From Pseudomonadota bacterium (lineage in GTDB: Bacteria > Pseudomonadota > Alphaproteobacteria > Sphingomonadales > Sphingomonadaceae), in the NCBI GenBank assembly GCA_039025455.1, contig JBCCOF010000001.1:7338-71337 (forward strand): 64,000 nucleotides of DNA, given 5' to 3'. Below are positions 57,139 to 64,000 of the stretch, piece by piece (positions within the stretch are counted from its first letter, which is position 1; every line of letters begins with the position of its first letter). The notes below the pieces were generated by a model. The model saw only the letters and a program-made list of their open reading frames with translations. It had not been told where the DNA came from and searched no databases. Position numbers and translations under genes: made by a program.

Positions 57139-59027
57139 TGGAGGGCTTTCGAATACTTGGTATCGCCTTTGAGGGGCCAAGCGTTCAGACTGCGACCGTG
57201 GACTTCGCGGCCGGCCTTACGACGATCTATGGCCCGTCTGATACAGGTAAGTCACTTTTGGTCGAAGTCCTAGACTTTATGCTAGGTGGCAAAGGCCCGG
57301 TGCGTTCTTTGCCGGAGTTGGAAGGCTATTCGCGCGTACGATTGGCTATCAAGTTTGGCACCGACGAGCCTGTTACACTGACCCGTGCTCTCGAGGGTGG
57401 AGCATTTCGCCTTTACGAAGGTAACTGGTTGGGCAGCGATCCGGAGTCCGAGGGCCGGATCCTGAACCAGCAACATATGGATGGTAATACGGACTCGCTT
57501 TCCGGCTATTTGCTGGAAAAGCTCGGGCTTCTGGGAAAGCGTGTCAGGAAGAATGCGGACGGAGCAACTCAGAGTCTCAGTTTCCGAAACCTCGCGCGCC
57601 TGATCGTCGTGACGCAGACGGAAATCATCCAGCAACGTTCGCCATTATCGGACGGAAATCCAACGGCAGATACCGCGAATGCCGCCACCTTCCAGCTCTT
57701 GATCACTGGTCGTGACGATAGCGACCTCGAGGAGTTTCCTCGGGATCCCGACGCGGAAGCATCGAGGCGCGCCAAGCTGGAACTCATCAGAGAATTAAGT
57801 TCAGATACCAAGCAACGAATCCGTTCCATTTCCGGGTCCCCTTCCGATTTGGAAGAGCAACTTGAGAAGCTATCGACGACTATGGGCGACCTCGAGGTTG
57901 AGTTAAATTCAACCGAAGCTGAGTATCGATCACTCTCATCAAATCGGCGAAGACTACTCGGCGAGCTCGAAAAGATTGGGGATCGAGTTACCGAGGTGGC
58001 CGCGCTGATCGAGCGATTTGAATTACTCGAAGAGCATTACCAAAGCGATCTGGAGAGGCTCGAAGCAATCGAACAAGCTGGTTCTCTTTTTGTCGTGATG
58101 CAGGAAGGCGACTGTCCGCTTTGTGGTTCACCTCCTTCTGCACATAGAAAGGACGATGATGACGAGAGCGCGGTGGAGACCACAATAGTCGCAGCCAGGG
58201 CAGAACAGGAAAAGATTCGCCCCCGTGTGATTGACTTACGTGACACACTATCATCGCTAAATGATGAGCTTACTCGCCTTAAGCGCAGTCAGCTCAATAG
58301 GGAAGAAAAGCTACTTGTCGCCGAACAACAGCTCGAAAAGTTCATTCGGCCGGGGGTCTCCAAACTTCGTCGCGAATATCGCGAATTCGCCGACAAATCG
58401 GCTGAGGTACGAGAAAGTTTGGCAGTGTACGAGACCCTAGAGGACCTGGAAAAAAAGCGTCAAGATCTGGAGCAGCAAGAAGAACAGGCCAAGCGGCCTT
58501 CGGTGGCTGAACGCCTTCCCACCAAGGCAATTGGCGATTTTGAACGCGTAGTAGAAAAGGTTCTTTCGAGCTGGAACTTCCCTGGCGGTGGACGCGTGCG
58601 CTTTGACACAACGAAGAAAGATCTCGTGATCGACGGGAAGGAGCGACAGGCATACGGTGCTGGCCTGCGCGCGGTCACGCATGCCGCATTTACATTGGGG
58701 TTGCTCAAGTTTTGCCGTGAGCGTGAAATGCCGCACCCCGGATTTGTCGTAATAGATTCAGCGCTTTTGACATATAAGGAGCCTGAGAGCCGTGAATCGG
58801 CCGCGATACGCACAGATGCATTTAAGGAGCTTTTCTTTGCGTCGGTTCAGGAGATTGCCAAGGATAGCCAGGTCGTAATTGTTGACAACACAACGCCACC
58901 CCAACCTGTTATCGACGCACCTTCTACTATCCACTTTACACGGCTTGTCGGGGAAGGACGCTACGGTCTTCTCGCGCCAAACGGCGATGAGGGAAGCCAG
59001 CCCAGCGACGAGCTAGATCTTTCGTAG
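57135..59027 (+). CDS. SMC/Rad50-like ABC ATPase (LmuB-like)
   Basis: Walker A GPSDTGKS, SFR.L, coiled coils, CPLCG zinc hook, GAGLR signature, VVIDS Walker B, IVDN. Confidence 0.88.
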   Translation: MMEGFRILGIAFEGPSVQTATVDFAAGLTTIYGPSDTGKSLLVEVLDFMLGGKGPVRSLPELEGYSRVRLAIKFGTDEPVTLTRALEGGAFRLYEGNWLGSDPESEGRILNQQHMDGNTDSLSGYLLEKLGLLGKRVRKNADGATQSLSFRNLARLIVVTQTEIIQQRSPLSDGNPTADTANAATFQLLITGRDDSDLEEFPRDPDAEASRRAKLELIRELSSDTKQRIRSISGSPSDLEEQLEKLSTTMGDLEVELNSTEAEYRSLSSNRRRLLGELEKIGDRVTEVAALIERFELLEEHYQSDLERLEAIEQAGSLFVVMQEGDCPLCGSPPSAHRKDDDDESAVETTIVAARAEQEKIRPRVIDLRDTLSSLNDELTRLKRSQLNREEKLLVAEQQLEKFIRPGVSKLRREYREFADKSAEVRESLAVYETLEDLEKKRQDLEQQEEQAKRPSVAERLPTKAIGDFERVVEKVLSSWNFPGGGRVRFDTTKKDLVIDGKERQAYGAGLRAVTHAAFTLGLLKFCREREMPHPGFVVIDSALLTYKEPESRESAAIRTDAFKELFFASVQEIAKDSQVVIVDNTTPPQPVIDAPSTIHFTRLVGEGRYGLLAPNGDEGSQPSDELDLS

Positions 59028-59073
59028 AATCGAATGGTTTCACCGGCACTATTGGAGGTTCCGGGGGCTGCAT

Positions 59074-59655
59074 ATGACTGATAGATATCGAACCTTCACG
59101 GAACTGGCAGCTGCTGAAAGAGAGGGAGACGGCTTTCGAACGAAAGCCATAGATAGGGCATCTCAGATTGCCGTAGTTGCCCCTCATGGCGGTGCGATTG
59201 AACCCGGGACGTCGCGGATCGCCCAAGCGCTAGCGGGGCCTAATTCATCCCTTTATCTCTTCGAGGCTTTGAAACCAGGCCGCCATCGCGACTACCATGT
59301 CGCCTCTCATCGCTTCGATGACCCAATCGCATTGGATCTCTTGAGCCGAGCAGAGATTGCCGTCGCCATACATGGGAGGCGAGACACCGATTCTCCGGCG
59401 ATCTGGCTTGGTGGCTTAGCAATTGAATTACGGGACGCGATTTGCTGTTCGCTCACTGAACACGATTTCTTGGCTGTAACAAGCAGCAAGTTACCCGGGC
59501 GAAATCCAATGAATATTTGTAATCGGGCTAAGAGTGGGCTCGGCGTGCAGCTCGAGATTCCACGTTCGCTGCGAAACGAGTTCGTAGCGAACGAAAACAC
59601 CCTAGCTCAGTTTTGCGATGCCATAAGAGCTCCGCTGGATTCAATCCTCGGTTAA
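59074..59655 (+). CDS. Poly-gamma-glutamate hydrolase family (PghP/DUF867-like)
   Basis: D.Y..F.EL, APHGG.IEPGTS, H..S..FD.P, IHG, G....NICNR, GVQLEI. Confidence 0.88.
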   Translation: MTDRYRTFTELAAAEREGDGFRTKAIDRASQIAVVAPHGGAIEPGTSRIAQALAGPNSSLYLFEALKPGRHRDYHVASHRFDDPIALDLLSRAEIAVAIHGRRDTDSPAIWLGGLAIELRDAICCSLTEHDFLAVTSSKLPGRNPMNICNRAKSGLGVQLEIPRSLRNEFVANENTLAQFCDAIRAPLDSILG

Positions 59656-60807
59656 AAAATTGCTCGGCAAGTTTGAGGAGCGAACACCGAGCTTATCTTC
59701 TCGGGTAACAACGGATCGATGGACGTAAGACCCTGGCGCTATGTATCTCCTCTCGCCAAGCGGTATTTGCAACCCCAAGAGTGAAAACCGTTTCGAATTT
59801 TTCACCCGCCTTCGAGGTAAAAGTTCTATCGGTCTCCAAGACAGCGTAAGCGAGTTGTTGGCGGGAGCAAGCGGGTTGGGCACTACCAATTCGTTGTCCT
59901 TTGACCCGTATGCAATCGAATTGACGCTCTGAGTTCTAAAACGAACCCCTCTCTTCTCCGCTTCGCGTATCATCCACCCAAGCGGCACCTTTGCCAAAGC
60001 GCTCAGCTGCTCGGGATATCCACCGCCTATGTCACCATGGCTTCCAGCGAACCATACTTCCTTAACGTCCTGACTCTTGGCGGCAGCCTTGTTGAAAGAG
60101 TTGCCCCAATACTCCTGATCACGCTCCCATAATTGAGGCTGGAACATCGTACGCCGTTCATCAATCGCAACCGCGTGGAGAACGCTTTCGACGCTCCAAT
60201 TCCTCGTAGTAAAAGCATGAGATTTCAGCCGGACTCCCGAGCGGCCTCGCTCAATTAGAGAAGCGACCGTGTCAAACAGACCAAGGAGCCTGATTGGAGG
60301 TCGATCAGTTCCCAAGGTTCGCCCAAATAGCCTCACTTCTTTGAAGCTTTCTGCGTCGTGATCGTCTTTTTCGTCTACTCCTTTGTATGCTCTGTAAGCA
60401 TAGTCTAGCAGATTGAGGTTCTGGCGGTCCATCAAGCCGATCGCATGGATAAAGCCAGCTAGGACGCGGGCTGTGTAGGCACCCCGACTAAAGCCGAAAA
60501 TGATTATCCGATCTCGTTTGCCATCCTCATTGCATGTGTTGGATCGGTAGTTCTCGACGAGGAAGCGATATGCCTCTTTCACGTTACGGTCGAGGCCCAT
60601 GCCCGTCGCGAGACCCCATACTTCTTTGGTTTTGCTACCGGCTCGAAACCAAGAGCCATCTCCCCCAAAAGTACCGACGCCGGGATCATAGTAGACCAAC
60701 TGTCGAGCATCCTTCGTGAGCACTTGATGCAATCTGAGGATGTTGGTCCGATTCTCCGAAATCTGATTGGAAGTTCCGTCGAGCAGCAGGACAATATTCT
60801 TACTCAT
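59641..60807 (-). CDS. DUF2235 / Tle1-like alpha/beta hydrolase (phospholipase)
   Basis: DGT.N, YYDPGVGT, FGFSRGAYTAR, GLFDTV, HAVAIDERR, WF.G.H.DIGGG. Confidence 0.9.
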   Translation of the reverse strand: MSKNIVLLLDGTSNQISENRTNILRLHQVLTKDARQLVYYDPGVGTFGGDGSWFRAGSKTKEVWGLATGMGLDRNVKEAYRFLVENYRSNTCNEDGKRDRIIIFGFSRGAYTARVLAGFIHAIGLMDRQNLNLLDYAYRAYKGVDEKDDHDAESFKEVRLFGRTLGTDRPPIRLLGLFDTVASLIERGRSGVRLKSHAFTTRNWSVESVLHAVAIDERRTMFQPQLWERDQEYWGNSFNKAAAKSQDVKEVWFAGSHGDIGGGYPEQLSALAKVPLGWMIREAEKRGVRFRTQSVNSIAYGSKDNELVVPNPLAPANNSLTLSWRPIELLPRRRVKNSKRFSLLGLQIPLGERRYIAPGSYVHRSVVTREDKLGVRSSNLPSNFLTED

Positions 60808-61144
60808 TGGTCCAAGTTCGCTCATCACCACCGATCGCACAAGCTCCGACGAGTGTAACATCAACCAACTCTGCTTCGTATTTTGCATCTAGCTCGTCAA
60901 TACGTCCGAGATCCCTCTTATTCGGAACAGCTCAGAAACGGCATTCCAAATCGCGATAACTTAGTTCGAGTCATCGATACAATGCGCTACTTAATCAAAT
61001 AAAACTCTGAATCAGGGAATTGTGCCCAAAGGGCCAGCGTGTGGAGGGTTTTTTGGTCTCTTTGCTCGTTTCGTTCTGCCGGTCTCTAGTAGGGTAGGCG
61101 TGCCAATAAGCCTAAGTGCCACTCACAACGCGTTTCACCTCCGC

Positions 61145-61621
61145 TCAAGCTTCATTATCTCTGAAAGCCGGTTCAATATAGCCTGCCTTGAGCTTACGCC
61201 GGATCTCGGACCTAGGCCCGCTTTGATAAAGAAATCCGCAGAGGTACTTTGGCGTAACATTATGCCGATGGGCATATTCCAATTCTTGCGTAATGCTCCA
61301 TCGCTCTTGTCTATCCAACAAAGGAAAGTCTTCATCATAGACAGCCATGAGCAGGTCATGAAACACATGTCCGAGCTTGTCTGTTCGCCTGTTCTTGTCA
61401 CCGCGCAATTTTTTGACAAGCTCTGCAGTTGACCAATTCTTCGGAGGATATTTGAGCAGCGTCCTCCCAAGTCGATAGATCTCTCGTTTAAGGTAGTTTC
61501 GGGCGCTCTCGTTCTTAGTCGGGGAGAACTTCGGATTTGGCGCTGGTGTGCCAAGCCTATCGTCATGTTCACTCCAGATCTGGTGGAGCCTTGCGAAAGC
61601 TTTTCTGCGCGACATGGGCAT
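61145..61621 (-). CDS. Hypothetical basic helical protein
   Basis: GAGGAGAGG RBS, 158 aa, divergent from the excisionase gene. Confidence 0.7.
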   Translation of the reverse strand: MPMSRRKAFARLHQIWSEHDDRLGTPAPNPKFSPTKNESARNYLKREIYRLGRTLLKYPPKNWSTAELVKKLRGDKNRRTDKLGHVFHDLLMAVYDEDFPLLDRQERWSITQELEYAHRHNVTPKYLCGFLYQSGPRSEIRRKLKAGYIEPAFRDNEA

Positions 61622-61768
61622 GTACCTCTCCTCAACTTGATGTCATGTAAATCGTACTACATTAATGTGGGAAGACAATTAAAATCGACCGCGACCCATC
61701 TGCTTGCCAAAACATATCGTCAGAAGCCGCCCCAGATTATGCGGCACGATAAGTGACGGAGCAGACAC

Positions 61769-62053
61769 ATGACCCCGAAAGTGAAGTTTGAATTCGGTTC
61801 GATAGACCCCGTCACAAGGCGACCCCACTCCTCGCAAGGCGATCCACCGACGCAAAACCAAGAGCCGCCAGCTCTTATTCGCACAGAAGAAGCAGCTCGA
61901 ATCTTATCGATTGGCCGGACCCTGGCGTATCGGCTCAAGGGCGAAGGGGCCTTCGAAAGCGTTCGAATAGGCGGATGTTCTCTCATCGTCCGCCAAAGCG
62001 TCTACGACTTCATTGACCAACAGGTTGAAGCGCAGCGCAACGATCACGCCTAG
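61769..62053 (+). CDS. Excisionase-type HTH DNA-binding protein
   Basis: L....EAA..L.IGRT..Y.L...G...SVRIG...I. Confidence 0.85.
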   Translation: MTPKVKFEFGSIDPVTRRPHSSQGDPPTQNQEPPALIRTEEAARILSIGRTLAYRLKGEGAFESVRIGGCSLIVRQSVYDFIDQQVEAQRNDHA

Positions 62054-62085
62054 CGCACACAATCCACCCCACCACAAATCCGATA

Positions 62086-63030
62086 ATGCCGTTCGATCCG
62101 CACTTTGCGGCGCGAACACACTTGTCCGAAATCGAGGAGACCGCGAACATGGTACGCGAAAACATAACCAAACTATCATTACCACCGGACGACTTCAGGC
62201 CCGACCTTGCCGCGCCCGATGTAGATGGAAAATCTCGCTTCCAAACGCTCGAAGACGTGCTTGCGGAAGACGAAACCCGCATCCGCATGATCGGCAAAGC
62301 GCTTGAGCTTAGGCGGCTCTGTCGGAAGGAGCGTCGATTGGCTGAAAAGCTCCTCAAGCGCCTCAAGAAGGGGCTGAGGCATCCAGGCTCAACGGACAGT
62401 CTGGCGTCGGCGGTGCGGGCAAGGGAATACCGAATTAGAGTGATCGGTTGGTTGCGCCATGTCGCTTATCTCGAAAGCTGTAAGCCCGATGGTCGCTGGA
62501 GCACCTTTCACATGATACCTCCCGACTGGGTCTACAAAAGCGAAGAGCTTTGGGAGGTAAATCCCAAGAATCTGATTGGACGCATCAGGCGGCGTTTCAA
62601 TGACGGAACCCAAATGCCAGAGGGCTGGCTTTTTGCTGGTCTTCACGGAGAGTTTGATCCTATGGCCGACGTATGGAGGCTGCACCTGCATGGCGCGGCT
62701 TCCCATCAACTTCTCAATCGGCTCGATGAGTTGCGAGGGTGTCGATCGCTAACGCAATCGGAGGCTAATCAGGCCGCTGCGCCCATTCGGATCACTCGCA
62801 AGAAGATCAATGATCCACTGCGAGCGCTAAGCTATTGCTTGCAGCTCTGGTGGCCATTGAGGGCCTCCGCCGATGAGGAAACGAACGAAGCCATTCGGTT
62901 GCACGGTCGCAGGCGAATCCCCGATCCACACCACACACGGATGTTGTTGTGGCTAGACCGCCAATCGCTGCCTGATCTCACACTGCGGATTGGCCTTCGC
63001 GTTTCAAAAGGGGCTCTCTGCCATGACTGA
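62086..63030 (+). CDS. Putative HUH-superfamily replication initiator/relaxase
   Basis: F...PP motif I-like, W.LHLHG (HUH), ALSYCLQ putative catalytic Tyr. Confidence 0.6.
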   Translation: MPFDPHFAARTHLSEIEETANMVRENITKLSLPPDDFRPDLAAPDVDGKSRFQTLEDVLAEDETRIRMIGKALELRRLCRKERRLAEKLLKRLKKGLRHPGSTDSLASAVRAREYRIRVIGWLRHVAYLESCKPDGRWSTFHMIPPDWVYKSEELWEVNPKNLIGRIRRRFNDGTQMPEGWLFAGLHGEFDPMADVWRLHLHGAASHQLLNRLDELRGCRSLTQSEANQAAAPIRITRKKINDPLRALSYCLQLWWPLRASADEETNEAIRLHGRRRIPDPHHTRMLLWLDRQSLPDLTLRIGLRVSKGALCHD

Positions 63031-63294
63031 AGTGCGTACATTTATGGCAGGGTCTTTTCCCAGCTATCGGCATCAAGACGAGTGCCGGGGCCGCCAAGAA
63101 GGGGGTATCCATGGGGTGCACTCACAACGCAGCGTGACGCCGCGATCTCTCAAGTAGCCCCCGACAATTCCCCGCGCCGCTGAAGCGATTTCGGGTGTGG
63201 AATCGGGGATCACAACTCAGAATCGAATTCGCAACCCCTGCGCAGCCCTCTGCGCGGGACAGCCCATTTGTATTGCTAGAAAAGGAACCGCCTC

Positions 63295-64000
63295 ATGCAT
63301 CCACAAGGCATCATCTCACAATCCGGAACCCGATACATCGAAATCGAAGAAGGTGGACAGCCACGGCTAATCCCCATTCAATCCATTTCTTCCAACCGAC
63401 GAGGTCGTAGCGAAGTCCTTTGCCTTGAACGCACAGCGGGATTACTTTGGCAGTCTGACAAGAAGACCAAAGACGCCGCTAAAGCGCTCAATGAATTTCA
63501 GCCTCATACGGTCATTGAGCACAACGGTTGGACTAGCCCAGACATCTATCGCCATCCTGATGGTGAGATGATGTTGGCAGACGCTAGCCAACCCATGAAG
63601 AGTCTCTTCCCCCAGGCCACGCCCCAAGCAGACGTCCCAGGCACCCTAGAAGCTTGGAAGGCTGAAGTTGCTGAGCCGCTTACAAGCAATCGCATTCCGA
63701 TCTTAGTCGTGTGCCTTGCGTTTGTGCCGTTGCTTCAGCTGTCCGCATCGCGACCTCGAAACTTGGGCCTTCAACTTGTTGGACCTCAAAACAGCGGAAA
63801 GTCCATGCTTGTTCAGCTCGCCCGTTCAGTCTGGGGGGGCTCCTTAGGCTATGCGGGTCTACCGGATTTATTGCGATTTGAGCAGTTCGCGAGCGATCCT
63901 GGGCGCCACCTGTGGGAGGCGTTTGACTGCTTCTTGCCAATCGTTGATTTCTCCTCTTTCGCTATCACAGAAACCCCACGCTTGCGTGCTCGAAAGATCA
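63295..64000 (+). CDS. DUF927 domain protein (helicase-like), runs off the window
   Basis: Not in the ORF track. My translation from ATG 63295 (AAAGGA RBS) stays open to the end: GW...Y.HPDG, GTLEAWK..VA, LAF..LL, GPQNSGKS Walker A, SVWG. Confidence 0.8.
   Translation, partial: MHPQGIISQSGTRYIEIEEGGQPRLIPIQSISSNRRGRSEVLCLERTAGLLWQSDKKTKDAAKALNEFQPHTVIEHNGWTSPDIYRHPDGEMMLADASQPMKSLFPQATPQADVPGTLEAWKAEVAEPLTSNRIPILVVCLAFVPLLQLSASRPRNLGLQLVGPQNSGKSMLVQLARSVWGGSLGYAGLPDLLRFEQFASDPGRHLWEAFDCFLPIVDFSSFAITETPRLRARKI

Larger units (their letters stand above)
48683..64000. mobile_element. tRNA-Arg-integrated genomic island (IME-like), right end beyond the window
   Basis: Compositional shift after the tRNA; XRE, DUF3768, recombinase, defence genes, excisionase, HUH Rep, DUF927. 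Confidence 0.85.

Noticed and set aside
63680-63940. Short minus-strand ORFs at the right edge
   Set aside because: They are antisense to the open DUF927 frame starting at 63295.

Overview
Alphaproteobacterial chromosome segment with Sphingomonadales (Erythrobacter-like) gene content. Bases 1-48.6 kb are mostly core genome: rplM-rpsI, ctaA, thiS-thiG fusion, fadD, ggt, pyrD, a SUF Fe-S operon interleaved with unrelated secreted-protein genes, purD/xseA, rpmB, tadA, nadC, a LytS/LytTR pair, dsbA/bepA-like genes, crtG and mmcB. This part also holds a candidate unannotated sRNA at about 13.93-14.06 kb and several recognisable operator boxes (Zur-like, IscR-like, LexA, CtrA-like). After tRNA-Arg(CCG) at 48606-48682 a visibly more AT-rich integrated element begins and runs off the right edge. 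It carries a decaying XRE/DUF3768/mini-tyrosine-recombinase module (two genes with single in-frame stops, one exactly at the catalytic Tyr) and a defence cluster. The cluster includes a two-gene operon of a small wHTH-like protein plus a SAMHD1-like HD dNTPase fused to a PD-(D/E)XK nuclease, the best candidate for an undescribed system. Divergent from it are a MerR-like HTH and a Lamassu/ABC-three-component system with a Mrr-like effector, followed by a poly-gamma-glutamate hydrolase and a convergent DUF2235 lipase. The window ends in an excisionase-HUH Rep-DUF927 replication module. All family calls come from reading motifs by eye, with no database searches.
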